64,000 nucleotides of DNA, from the NCBI GenBank assembly GCA_036337225.1, contig JAYZEP010000001.1:7725-71724 (forward strand), given 5' to 3'. Source of the stretch: Thermodesulfobacteriota bacterium. Lineage in GTDB: Bacteria; Desulfobacterota_D; UBA1144. This document shows, piece by piece, positions 49,564-59,020 of the stretch; within the stretch, counting starts at the first letter, position 1, and every line of letters begins with the position of its first letter. Under the pieces are notes generated by a model. The model saw only the letters and a list, made by a program, of their open reading frames with translations. It was not told the origin of the DNA and did no database searches. A program made the position numbers and the translations under genes.

Positions 49564-51303
49564 CTAGGCCATATCCGGGACTGGTCCATCGGGCACTTGG
49601 TCTTCAGGACTAAGTAGCATGTCGTCCATTGTTCCTCCCGGACTTAGCATTGGATAAACCATTTCGGTAGGATCAACCATAACCTCCATAAGCACGACAC
49701 CCTTAGTTGACAAACCTTCTTTGAAAGATCCCTCTAAATCCACTGGAGAATCAATTTTAAAGGCTTTTGCTCCATACGATTGAGCAAGTTTTACATAATC
49801 AGGATTTAGTTCAAACTTGCAACATGAGTAATTACCGTCAAAAAAAAGAGTTTGCCACTGCCTAACCATCCCATGATGCCCGTTGTTTATTAAAATTATT
49901 TTCAAATCTAAATCGTTTGCTACCGCAGTAGAGAACTCCTGCATATTCATCTGGAAACTTCCATCTCCACATATAGCAACAACTCTTTCGTTCGGCCTCC
50001 CAAGCTTAGCACCTATGGCAGCAGGAAATCCGAAGCCCATAGTACCGAGACCTCCGGATGTTATTTGATTTCTTGGGTGTTTAAATCGATAATACTGTGC
50101 TACCCACATTTGATGTTGGCCGACATCAGTCACGATAACATCTCTTCCATCGGTTATTTTCGATATTACATCAATAGCATAACTAGTCTTTATCTTTGCG
50201 CCTTGTTGGACAGCAACTGTTGGGTTTTGGTCTTCCCATTGGTTAATTTGGTCAAACCAGTTCTCCCTTTCGATTTTATCAGGTTTAAAGTCCGATGGGA
50301 TTAAGGAGTCAATTTGTTGAATTACCGTTTTAGCATCTCCTACGATAGGACAATGTACCTTTATATTCTTATTAAGTGTTGTGGGGTCAATATCTATATG
50401 GATAACATGTGCATCGGGGGCAAATTTATCAAACACTCCACCGGTGGATCTATCATCAAATCTAGCACCAATGGCTATAACTAAATCACTATGGTGGACA
50501 GCCATATTGGCAAAATAGGAACCATGCATTCCAATCCAACTAACCCTCATTGGATCATCAGGAGGATAACCTCCAAGGCCCATCAAAGTAAGAGTGACAG
50601 GTATCTTTAGTCTTGTTGCGAATTGCTGTAAGGCTTTTGTGGCACCCGAAATTACAATCCCTCCCCCGCCAAAAACAATAGGTCTTTTTGAATTCATAAT
50701 TAATTTAACGGCTCTCTTAACATCCTTCAGGGGTCCTTTAGTAGGAACTTTATACCCACTAACCTTTTTTATTTCTGGAAAATCAAATTTGCATTCCGCA
50801 TTTAAAACATCTTTTGAAATGTCGACAAGTATAGTTCCTGGTCTTCCCGAGGTAGCCAGGTACAAAGCCTCCCTAACAGTTCTAGAAAGATCAGAAGTGT
50901 GTTCAACTAAAAAGTTGTGCTTAGTGCAAGATCTAGAGAGTCCGATATGATCAATATGATCAAAGACATTTGTTAAATGGGTATTCTCATTAAAATGACA
51001 GATAAACACAACTAACGGAGAAGAATCCATATTGGCAGTTTGCAAACCAGTAATAGTGCTCGTCGCACTAGTGTCCGAGTCACAGATAACCACTCCAACT
51101 TTCCCAGTTGCTCTTGCATAACCATCCGCAATATGAGTTGCTCCTTGCTCATTTCCAGAAATAATTTTTTTTAAGAATTTAGACTTAGAAAATTTTTTTT
51201 TGTAAATCTCGTCAGCAGTCTGTCCAAAACGACTTAAAGGAGTAAAAAGATACTCCACTTGTTCCTTCTCTAAGGTTTTAAAGAAAATTTCGTTGCCCTG
51301 CAT
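49564..51303 (-). CDS. ilvB: acetolactate synthase large subunit-like ThDP/FAD enzyme with atypical N-terminal domain
   Basis: The middle and C-terminal domains are canonical: IGARFDDRSTGG, IHIDIDPT, GGLGTMGFGFPAAIGA, GDGSFQMN...LINNGHHGMVRQWQ. The N-terminal domain keeps the NEQ glutamate and ADGYARATGK but has unusual signature loops (see findings). Confidence 0.82.
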   Translation of the reverse strand: MQGNEIFFKTLEKEQVEYLFTPLSRFGQTADEIYKKKFSKSKFLKKIISGNEQGATHIADGYARATGKVGVVICDSDTSATSTITGLQTANMDSSPLVVFICHFNENTHLTNVFDHIDHIGLSRSCTKHNFLVEHTSDLSRTVREALYLATSGRPGTILVDISKDVLNAECKFDFPEIKKVSGYKVPTKGPLKDVKRAVKLIMNSKRPIVFGGGGIVISGATKALQQFATRLKIPVTLTLMGLGGYPPDDPMRVSWIGMHGSYFANMAVHHSDLVIAIGARFDDRSTGGVFDKFAPDAHVIHIDIDPTTLNKNIKVHCPIVGDAKTVIQQIDSLIPSDFKPDKIERENWFDQINQWEDQNPTVAVQQGAKIKTSYAIDVISKITDGRDVIVTDVGQHQMWVAQYYRFKHPRNQITSGGLGTMGFGFPAAIGAKLGRPNERVVAICGDGSFQMNMQEFSTAVANDLDLKIILINNGHHGMVRQWQTLFFDGNYSCCKFELNPDYVKLAQSYGAKAFKIDSPVDLEGSFKEGLSTKGVVLMEVMVDPTEMVYPMLSPGGTMDDMLLSPEDQVPDGPVPDMA

Positions 51304-51387
51304 TTTGTAATTCTAAATTAATTATCAATAAATTGAAACTTAATATTCTCCATTGACCGTTTATAATTTTTAATTAATATCATACTA

Positions 51388-51636
51388 ATGTCCCCTATCG
51401 TTATTCAAAACTGCACGTGTGATAAGAAAAGAAAGATTTACGTAAGTATCACAAGAGAAGCCTACTTTAATCAGAGACTTGCTAAGGAGGAATGGCAGCT
51501 AGAATATTCCAAGAAGGTAAAAGAAGAAAAATATAGGTTCTATAAAGAAAATGTTATTTCGTCTGGGGATCAATGGGTAGAGTATGACGACAAACCAATA
51601 AAATGCGAGAAATGTGGAAAACTTGTCCACATATAA
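51388..51636 (+). CDS. hypothetical small protein with two Cys pairs (82 aa), coding status uncertain
   Basis: CTC near the N-terminus and CEKC near the C-terminus, possibly a zinc ribbon. No SD. It is the only ORF in the divergent gap between ilvB and leuA. Confidence 0.35.
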   Translation: MSPIVIQNCTCDKKRKIYVSITREAYFNQRLAKEEWQLEYSKKVKEEKYRFYKENVISSGDQWVEYDDKPIKCEKCGKLVHI

Positions 51637-51666
51637 AAAAAGAGAGGTACCGTTAAATACCTCTCA
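51636..51666 (-). terminator. rho-independent terminator downstream of leuA
   Basis: GAGAGGTA (51643-51650) pairs with TACCTCTC (51659-51666) around an 8-nt loop. The A7 run at 51636-51642 is a T-run on the minus strand, so the element is oriented for leuA transcription. Confidence 0.6.
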
Positions 51667-51757
51667 GAGTGTTCACGGGATGTTTCCATCCGCCATACGC
51701 TCTTAAATTGTAGCATATAAAAGTTTTTAATTTCAACAATTTTTTAACATTTTTTTG

Positions 51758-53299
51758 TCAGACACCCTTTGAGATTGTTATCTTGGGATGATTTTTTCTC
51801 CACCTGAGATTATTAAGGGCATTAATAAAGGCTTTTGCGCTTGCAATAATAACGTCGGTACTAGATCCTTTTCCTCGTGCAAAAAAACCGTCATCCTTAA
51901 TTGTTACACTAACTTCACCTTGTGCATCCATACCACCGGTTATCGAAGATACGGAATATGAGTCGAGGGTAGGATAAACACCTACTGCTTTGGAGATCGC
52001 TTTAAATACAGAATCAATAGGCCCATCGCCAGATTCTTCGACCTTATTCTCTGACCCATCAATTATTATGTTTACCATGGCCTGCGGTTTATGGTCAGTT
52101 CCGGACGAACATTCTAAAGAGCCTAGTTTATAAAAATCTCCCGATCTCACAAATTCCTCGTTAATTAAGGCCTCAATGTCTTCATCAAAAACATACTTTT
52201 TTTTATCACAAAGTTCTTTAAATTTAAGAAAGGCGACTTCAAAGTCTTCATCGGATAATTTATATCCGAACTCTGTTAGCCTGTCTTTAAATGCATGCCT
52301 ACCAGAATGCTTACCAAGAACAATATGGTTGGAGGGTATGCCAACATCGGATGGATTCATAATTTCGTATGTCACACTCTCTTTTAATACACCATCTTGG
52401 TGAATACCGGCTTCATGGGCGAAAGCGTTTGCGCCAACTATGGCCTTATTGGGCTGTACAAAGACCCCAGTAACACTACTTACAAGCTTGCTAGTTGGAT
52501 AAATCTGGGTTGTTTTAATTGTTGTCTCAAAAGGATTGCGATCATTTCTAACTTTTAAAGCCATAACAATTTCTTCAAGAGAAGCGTTACCTGCTCTCTC
52601 CCCCAAACCGTTGATTGTACATTCGACTTGTCTCGCACCTTCATTGATTGCGGCAAGAGAGTTTGCCACAGCCAGTCCAAGATCATTGTGGCAATGTATA
52701 CTGATAGCAACATTGTTTATCGGATCGACTTTTTCTCTAAGACTTCTAATTATCTTTGCAAATTCAGATGGAACAGTGTATCCAACTGTATCAGGAATGT
52801 TAATAGTTGTTGCTCCGGATTGAATAGCTATGTTAATCGCCCTACATAGAAAATCAATGTCAGTTCTAGTTGCATCTTCACAAGAAAATTCAACATTACT
52901 TGTATATTTTGCTGAATGTCGAACTGCCTGGCCTATAATTTCCAAGACTTCTTCTTGAGTCTTTTTTAATTTATGTTTCAAATGAATATCCGACGTTGCA
53001 ATAAAAGTATGAATTCTGGGATTCTCCCCTTCTTTTATTGCTTCCCAAGCTCTATCGATATCTTGAAAGTTGGCCCGACTCAAACCTGCAATCTCACAGT
53101 TTCGTACCTCTTGGGCTATCAGCTTAACTGAATTAAAATCGCCTTCAGATGCAATAGGAAATCCGGCTTCAATAATATTCACCCCAAGTTTCTCAAGTTG
53201 AAGGGCAACTTTTAGTTTTTCTTCAACATTCATACTACATCCAGGAGCCTGTTCGCCATCTCGTAGGGTGGTATCAAAAATTTGTACAACATTACTCAT
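51758..53299 (-). CDS. leuA: 2-isopropylmalate synthase
   Basis: IFDTTLRDGEQ and HCHNDLGLAVANSLAA motifs, with a C-terminal LeuA regulatory domain. 513 aa. Confidence 0.93.
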   Translation of the reverse strand: MSNVVQIFDTTLRDGEQAPGCSMNVEEKLKVALQLEKLGVNIIEAGFPIASEGDFNSVKLIAQEVRNCEIAGLSRANFQDIDRAWEAIKEGENPRIHTFIATSDIHLKHKLKKTQEEVLEIIGQAVRHSAKYTSNVEFSCEDATRTDIDFLCRAINIAIQSGATTINIPDTVGYTVPSEFAKIIRSLREKVDPINNVAISIHCHNDLGLAVANSLAAINEGARQVECTINGLGERAGNASLEEIVMALKVRNDRNPFETTIKTTQIYPTSKLVSSVTGVFVQPNKAIVGANAFAHEAGIHQDGVLKESVTYEIMNPSDVGIPSNHIVLGKHSGRHAFKDRLTEFGYKLSDEDFEVAFLKFKELCDKKKYVFDEDIEALINEEFVRSGDFYKLGSLECSSGTDHKPQAMVNIIIDGSENKVEESGDGPIDSVFKAISKAVGVYPTLDSYSVSSITGGMDAQGEVSVTIKDDGFFARGKGSSTDVIIASAKAFINALNNLRWRKNHPKITISKGV

Positions 53300-53318
53300 A
53301 GAATAAAAAAAATATAAG

Positions 53319-54857
53319 TTAACCTAAGTTTTTGTCAATTTTGGGGAACAACAAGTCGAGTTTGTTTAAAGTCGAGTCATCAGATAAAAACTTTATATTC
53401 CTTAATGATTCATAATCAAGACTTTTTTCGTCAACAAAACAAGATAAGGACTGTAGAACCTTTATAGACGTTAGGGGCATAACAGGGTAAGTCATAGTAG
53501 CAACAATCCGAATAGTTTCCAGCATTAATCGCAAAATCGTGGACAATCTTTCTGTCTGATTTTCTTTTGCAAGAGACCAGGGCTTCAAAGTGTCAATGTA
53601 TTTATTGCTAATTGAGACAAGTTCGACTACAGACCCGAGTGCCTTGCTAAACTCGACATTAACAAAATGATTCTTATATTCCTCGGTGATATGGATGATT
53701 TTTTCTTGTATAACTTTTTCGCTTTCGAGCAATGGGCCATATTGAGGTATTTTACTATCAAAATTTTTAATGGTCATTGTATAAACTCTATTTATTAGGT
53801 TTCCAATATTGTTTGCAAGCTCAGAATTTATTCGGGAAATAACCGCATCTCTAGAGAAATCTCCATCATTGCCAAAAGGAACTTCGCGTAATAAAAAATA
53901 CCTAAAGGGGTCGAGTCCAAACTCATTAATAATATCTATCGGATCAACTACGTTCCCAATTGACTTCGACATCTTTTCTTTCTCAACGGTCCACCATCCG
54001 TGTGCAACTATTTGCTTGGGAGGCTGCATTCCCACCGCCATTAAAAAGGCGGGCCAGTATATAGCATGAAACCTAAGAATATCTTTTCCTACAATATGGT
54101 AAGTCGCCGGCCAATACTTATTCAATCTTTCCGATGAATTATCAGGATATCCTAATGCGGTAATATAATTAACTAGAGCATCTAGCCACACATACATTAC
54201 ATGTCCTTCGTGTTGTGGCACACTTACTCCCCAATCAAAACTTGTTCGTGATACAGATAAATCTCGCAACCCATTTTGAACAAACTTTATAACTTCGTTG
54301 AACCTGGACTGAGGATATACAAAGCCCGGGTTTTGAGAATAGAAATCAAGCAAAGGTTGTTGCCACTTTGACAATCTGAAAAAATAGCTGGCTTCTTCAA
54401 CCCAATCAACAGATGATCCAGTCGGCGCTTTTCCTTCTACTAATTCATTTTCTTGGTAATAAGCTTCATCCCTAACCGAATACCACCCTGAATACTTATC
54501 AAGATAAATCTCATCTTTTTCACTTAAGGAAGTCCAAAAATGTCTTGCTCCGTTCTTGTGCTGTTCGGATGTAGTTCGTATAAAATCATTGTTAGTTAAC
54601 ATTAGAGTATTTGTGAGTTCTTGAAAATTCTTACTCATTTTATCTACAAATGCCTGCGTATCAATGTCCTTTGCTTTAGCTGACTGTTGGATTTTGAGAC
54701 CATGTTCATCCGTCCCTGTTAGAAAAAAAACGTCCCGTCCCAGGATTTTATAAAATCTTGCAAGCGAGTCACATGCAATGCTAGTATATGCATGCCCAAC
54801 ATGAGGCTTGTCATTAACATAGTAAATTGGGGTAGTTATATAGACTCTTTCATTCAT
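53319..54857 (-). CDS. metG: methionine--tRNA ligase
   Basis: Class-I motifs HVGH (KPHVGHAYT) and KMSKS. A short form without the C-terminal tRNA-binding appendage. Confidence 0.95.
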   Translation of the reverse strand: MNERVYITTPIYYVNDKPHVGHAYTSIACDSLARFYKILGRDVFFLTGTDEHGLKIQQSAKAKDIDTQAFVDKMSKNFQELTNTLMLTNNDFIRTTSEQHKNGARHFWTSLSEKDEIYLDKYSGWYSVRDEAYYQENELVEGKAPTGSSVDWVEEASYFFRLSKWQQPLLDFYSQNPGFVYPQSRFNEVIKFVQNGLRDLSVSRTSFDWGVSVPQHEGHVMYVWLDALVNYITALGYPDNSSERLNKYWPATYHIVGKDILRFHAIYWPAFLMAVGMQPPKQIVAHGWWTVEKEKMSKSIGNVVDPIDIINEFGLDPFRYFLLREVPFGNDGDFSRDAVISRINSELANNIGNLINRVYTMTIKNFDSKIPQYGPLLESEKVIQEKIIHITEEYKNHFVNVEFSKALGSVVELVSISNKYIDTLKPWSLAKENQTERLSTILRLMLETIRIVATMTYPVMPLTSIKVLQSLSCFVDEKSLDYESLRNIKFLSDDSTLNKLDLLFPKIDKNLG

Positions 54858-54861
54858 TCAA

Positions 54862-55815
54862 TTAAACCGCTTTTAATTCTGCAAGATTCGTATCCAGAAT
54901 AAAATCAAAAAGAATTTCCTCCATCCCCATCCTAAAATTAAAATTGGACCATCTCAAATCAGAAGCAAGGCTCGTCATTTTTGAGATAAGTTCAATTATG
55001 GACATACTTGGGATGTTTTTAAGTGTATTTATATTAAAAATGGAGGTCTGTTTAAAATTATTCAGGTGCTTTAACTTTAGAGCATAACTCAAAATCCCTA
55101 TCACAAGATCGACGAAGAATAACTGGTTAAAATCTTTTTTTGTTATTTCGTCTATTTTGTCGGAGACTAAATCTACGTTCGCTGGGTCTCTTTTAAGAAT
55201 CATAGACACGAATTCAATCATTTCTTGCAAATTGTCTTGGGAGTAGAATTCAATATTATTTATTGAGCCGTTCAGCAAGAAAATGGATAAATCCAATAGT
55301 TCCGCTTCTTCGAACTTATCTTCTATAGATTGCAGTAAAAACTCTACGGGGAGTAATTGAAAATTGACATTTATACATCGAGATCGAATCGTAGGAAGAA
55401 GTAGGTCTGGTGTTGGGGAGAGTAAGAAGAAAAATAGATATTCTGGTGGCTCTTCTAATATTTTAAGCAGCTTATTTTGTGCCACCAGGTTTATCGTCTC
55501 GGCCTTTGGAATAACAATTATCTTTTTTGTAGATTCAAAAGGGGGATGCAGAACCCACTTTTCTATTTTTTCAATGTCTTCCACTAATATTTTGTCCTTC
55601 TCGTTAGATAAACAAAGGAAATCTGGGTGGATATTTTTGTCTATCTTGTGGGGATTTGATAGTATTTGAGCACTTACAAAAAAAGCAAAATCCTTTTTAC
55701 CAATTCCTTTCGGTCCAGCAAATAAATATGAACCAGATGTATCTTGAAGTGTTAAAAATTCGAAGAAGGGTTTCTTAGACGCTAAATGAAACTCAATAAT
55801 TTTTTTATTAATCAT
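54862..55815 (-). CDS. holB: DNA polymerase III delta' subunit
   Basis: AAA+ clamp-loader-like GPKGIGKKDFA, KLLKILEEPP and TIRSRC motifs. Immediately downstream of tmk. Confidence 0.82.
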   Translation of the reverse strand: MINKKIIEFHLASKKPFFEFLTLQDTSGSYLFAGPKGIGKKDFAFFVSAQILSNPHKIDKNIHPDFLCLSNEKDKILVEDIEKIEKWVLHPPFESTKKIIVIPKAETINLVAQNKLLKILEEPPEYLFFFLLSPTPDLLLPTIRSRCINVNFQLLPVEFLLQSIEDKFEEAELLDLSIFLLNGSINNIEFYSQDNLQEMIEFVSMILKRDPANVDLVSDKIDEITKKDFNQLFFVDLVIGILSYALKLKHLNNFKQTSIFNINTLKNIPSMSIIELISKMTSLASDLRWSNFNFRMGMEEILFDFILDTNLAELKAV

Positions 55816-56447
55816 CTTTTTAAAAGCCGTGAGAATATACTATAGTTATCTGAAAGGATTGTTTTAATTTTATTATGGACAACATCCGGGCCATCTTCTC
55901 CATATACCACATAAACTCTGTTTGATGATTGTTTTGCAATCTCCAGATAAGCCTTTCTTACTCTAGAATGAAAATCGAATGACTCATCATCTATTTTATT
56001 TCTTCCAGGCCGTTCAACAATCCTGCTTAATGCCGTATTAACTGAAATGTCCAACAAAAAAGTTATGTTTGGGTAAAGTCCTAAGGCGGAATTAATTGCC
56101 GCTTGTTTTACAAACTCTGGGCTAAGTTCCCGTCCATAGCCCTGGTATGCAATAGTAGAGTCATAGAACCTATCACAAAGAACTATTTTCCCTTGGTTGA
56201 GCATTGGTCTAAGAAAGTCTTTAACATGCTGGGCACGATCAGCACAAAATAGAGACAATTCCGCAAATCTCTCCAAGTCTAAATCCGGATTTTCGAGAAT
56301 TATCCTCCTTATAAGCTTACCTATGGCGCCCCAACCCGGCTCCCTGGTAATCTCTACATCAAAATGAGACTTTTCTAGAGCTTGGGAAAGAAGCTCGATT
56401 TGGGTCGATTTTCCTGATCCTTCAATGCCTTCAAAAGTTATGAACAA
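55812..56447 (-). CDS. tmk: thymidylate kinase
   Basis: FITFEGIEGSGKSTQ P-loop and DRF/DRY motif (CDRFYDST). Confidence 0.93.
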   Translation of the reverse strand: MFITFEGIEGSGKSTQIELLSQALEKSHFDVEITREPGWGAIGKLIRRIILENPDLDLERFAELSLFCADRAQHVKDFLRPMLNQGKIVLCDRFYDSTIAYQGYGRELSPEFVKQAAINSALGLYPNITFLLDISVNTALSRIVERPGRNKIDDESFDFHSRVRKAYLEIAKQSSNRVYVVYGEDGPDVVHNKIKTILSDNYSIFSRLLKR

Positions 56448-56455
56448 TATTTTTC

Positions 56456-57205
56456 CTATTTCGACACTAGTTTTAATAATGCCTCTAGTTCATTATAATC
56501 TAATTTTTCAATTTTACCTGGAGGTAATTTTCCAAGATTTATAGGTCCTACAGAAATTCTTTTAAGCTTTTTTACTTGCTTCCCGAAAAACTTAAAAAAA
56601 TGTTTTACTATATGGTTTCTTCCTTCATGTATTTCAATTTCTAATAGACTATCATTGTTTTGAGCCTTTCTTAATACAAGCCTTTCGGGTACTAAGAGGC
56701 CTTCTTTCATTTTTGCCCCCTTCCTCATTTTTGAAATTATAGACTGCGTAACTCTCCCTTCTATATAAGCTAAGTAGTTCTTTTTCACGTTGAAGCTTGG
56801 GTGAGCAATATGATGAGCCATTACCCCGTCGTTAGTAAACAAAAGCAATCCTTCCGTGTCATAATCAAGTCTTCCTATGGGAAAGAGTTTGGTTGTGGAT
56901 GTAGGCAGCAGTTCAAGAATGGTTTTTTTGTTTTCGTTCTTAGACATAGAAGTAAGGTAAAACCTGGGCTTGTTCATCTTGTAATATTCGTATTGCTGCG
57001 GTTTGATTACCCTATCTTCACATTCAATTTTATCAGTATTGGTATCAACAATAGTAGCCAGGGAGGTTATAACATCCCCGTTAACCTTAACCTTTGAACT
57101 TTTTATTAAATCCTCAGATTTCCTTCTAGAAGCTACCCCGGAAACAGACAAATATCTGTTGAGTCTAATCTTCATGTTGCTTAAATTTTGACGGATATCC
57201 GTCAC
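56456..57205 (-). CDS. RsuA/RluB-family pseudouridine synthase with N-terminal S4 domain
   Basis: S4 motif RLNRYLSVSGVASRR and catalytic GRLDYDTEGLLLFTNDG. Confidence 0.88.
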   Translation of the reverse strand: MTDIRQNLSNMKIRLNRYLSVSGVASRRKSEDLIKSSKVKVNGDVITSLATIVDTNTDKIECEDRVIKPQQYEYYKMNKPRFYLTSMSKNENKKTILELLPTSTTKLFPIGRLDYDTEGLLLFTNDGVMAHHIAHPSFNVKKNYLAYIEGRVTQSIISKMRKGAKMKEGLLVPERLVLRKAQNNDSLLEIEIHEGRNHIVKHFFKFFGKQVKKLKRISVGPINLGKLPPGKIEKLDYNELEALLKLVSK

Positions 57206-57268
57206 AATTTATGAGAAGGTAACAGGCGGTCACTATTTTCTTATGAATGAAGCTCATTCACAGGGCCC

Positions 57269-57958
57269 CTATTCTTTCTTTCCAAATTTTTCTGCCGTTT
57301 CCATTGAAATTCCAGCGTGTGCCCAACAAGCCCCAGCGCTCATAACCATGGCAACATTGATTGCTTCAGTTATTTCTTCCTTGGTAACACCTTCTTTGAT
57401 ACCATCTCTCACACAACTTCTAATACACCATGGACATTTTGCTATAAGTGCGCATGCAAGCCCCATTAAGCCTTTTTTTAGCTTTTTTGAAAGATGGCCA
57501 TCCTCGTAAACCATTTCATGAAACGCAGAAAATTTTTCATGTGTTTCTCCACTTAATTGGTGAAATTCTTGAATTTGAGGAGTTATGTTCTTGCTAATAA
57601 AGTAGCCTTCAGTGACATCTTTTTTTTCTTTCATTAAATCGTAGTTTTCAAAAGCAATACTACCAAATGCATAAGGTTGGCCCATAGCTAATCTCATTGC
57701 AATAAAAACAGCCTCAGCAATCTGTTCATCTGTTGCTCCTTGAGCTTTAGATGACTTAGTCCTTGCTCTTATGCAATATGGGCACCCAGTAATGTGAGCA
57801 CAGGCCATAGCTATAAGCTGCTTGTCTTTGTTGCTAATTGCCCCATCCTTGAAAACCTCGTCATGATACCCCATCCATGCACCGCTCAACTCCGGTACAA
57901 GATTTTTAAGCTTAACCATGTATTCGGATATATTATCTTTGTATATACTTTCACTCAT
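57269..57958 (-). CDS. tandem carboxymuconolactone decarboxylase (AhpD-like) family protein
   Basis: Two homologous halves, each with an AhpD-type CxxC: ACAHITGCPYCIRA and ACALIAKCPWCIRS. Confidence 0.8.
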   Translation of the reverse strand: MSESIYKDNISEYMVKLKNLVPELSGAWMGYHDEVFKDGAISNKDKQLIAMACAHITGCPYCIRARTKSSKAQGATDEQIAEAVFIAMRLAMGQPYAFGSIAFENYDLMKEKKDVTEGYFISKNITPQIQEFHQLSGETHEKFSAFHEMVYEDGHLSKKLKKGLMGLACALIAKCPWCIRSCVRDGIKEGVTKEEITEAINVAMVMSAGACWAHAGISMETAEKFGKKE

Positions 57959-57994
57959 TACAATCTCCTAAATTGGTGATATAGATATTATAGT

Positions 57995-59020
57995 ATGAAT
58001 AGAGATGAACTTATACAGCAATTTTTGTCAAAGAATGATCTTGGAAACCGCCTGCTAGTTCCAGTTGAGAACGATGCATCATTTAGAAGATATTTTCGTA
58101 TAAAAGATAAGGGTTTAATTGTAATGGATGCACCATCAGAACTAGGGGAATCTATTGAATCATTCATTAATATCGATAGTATTTTGTTGGAGCTTGGTTT
58201 AAACGCTCCAAAGATCTACGCCGCTGATCATAACCATGGCTTCTTGTTGTTAGAAGATTTTGGCCACACTACATTTAAGTATCTAATGTTGCAACGCTCT
58301 ATGGGCCGACCTTACAGGATGGGAGATCGCCTATACAAAAAGGCGATTTCTGTGATATTACATATCAAATCAAAATGGTCTAACAATATTGAATTAGGTA
58401 AAAATCTTCCTCGATACTCTATCGAGGAGCTACTTAAAGAGGCGAGACTTTTTATAGATTGGTATTTAATTAAACACAAGCAAATGCATGTTCGGGCTGA
58501 GGATATTGAAGAATTCGAATCAATAATCTCAAGCCTATTCAAGCTTGTTTCCCCTGGTTTTGATACTCTTGTTTTACGAGATTATCATGTGGATAATCTA
58601 TTTTTTCTAAAGGGGAGAGGGGGAGGCTTTAAGAATATAGGGCTAATTGATTTCCAAGATGCCTTAATAGGTTCCGCAACCTATGATCTGGTTTCTTTAA
58701 TCGAGGATGTTAGATGGCCAATTGACCGAGTGCCGTACAAAAATAAAAACCTCAGAAACGACCTTTTTGATTTTTTTGTCTCCCATGGAGAATTGGACGA
58801 AGAGCAGGTTGTTAATGAGGCAGGATTTTTTTCTGTACAAAGAAATCTTAAAATTCTTGGAATATTCTGCAGACTGAAATATAGGGATGGCAAAGGATCT
58901 TATATTAATTATTTAAATAATGCAAAGAAAATTCTAGCTGTACATTTAAGTAATCCCCTAATGAAAGATTTAAACAAATGGGTTAGAAAATTTGATTCTG
59001 AGATAGTACAAAGAAGTTAA
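57995..59020 (+). CDS. aminoglycoside-phosphotransferase-fold kinase, AmgK-like (anomeric MurNAc/GlcNAc kinase family)
   Basis: LRDYHVDNLFF catalytic loop and IDFQDALIGSATYDLVSLIED, which match the COG3178/AmgK pattern. Confidence 0.7.
   Translation: MNRDELIQQFLSKNDLGNRLLVPVENDASFRRYFRIKDKGLIVMDAPSELGESIESFINIDSILLELGLNAPKIYAADHNHGFLLLEDFGHTTFKYLMLQRSMGRPYRMGDRLYKKAISVILHIKSKWSNNIELGKNLPRYSIEELLKEARLFIDWYLIKHKQMHVRAEDIEEFESIISSLFKLVSPGFDTLVLRDYHVDNLFFLKGRGGGFKNIGLIDFQDALIGSATYDLVSLIEDVRWPIDRVPYKNKNLRNDLFDFFVSHGELDEEQVVNEAGFFSVQRNLKILGIFCRLKYRDGKGSYINYLNNAKKILAVHLSNPLMKDLNKWVRKFDSEIVQRS

Noticed and set aside
50594-50950. 118-aa ORF antisense to the ALS gene
   Set aside because: Same reasoning: it is nested opposite conserved ALS coding sequence.
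51637-51757. Considered a known small RNA (SRP/4.5S RNA, tRNA-like) in the 121-nt leuA-proximal gap
   Set aside because: No SRP domain-IV-like GGAA/AGCA motifs or tRNA cloverleaf features are present. I report it only as an unexplained hairpin-containing spacer.
57995-59020. Possible aminoglycoside resistance phosphotransferase (APH)
   Set aside because: The catalytic-loop and DFQDA...YDL strings fit the chromosomal AmgK/COG3178 sugar-kinase group. The context is core, with no mobile element nearby.
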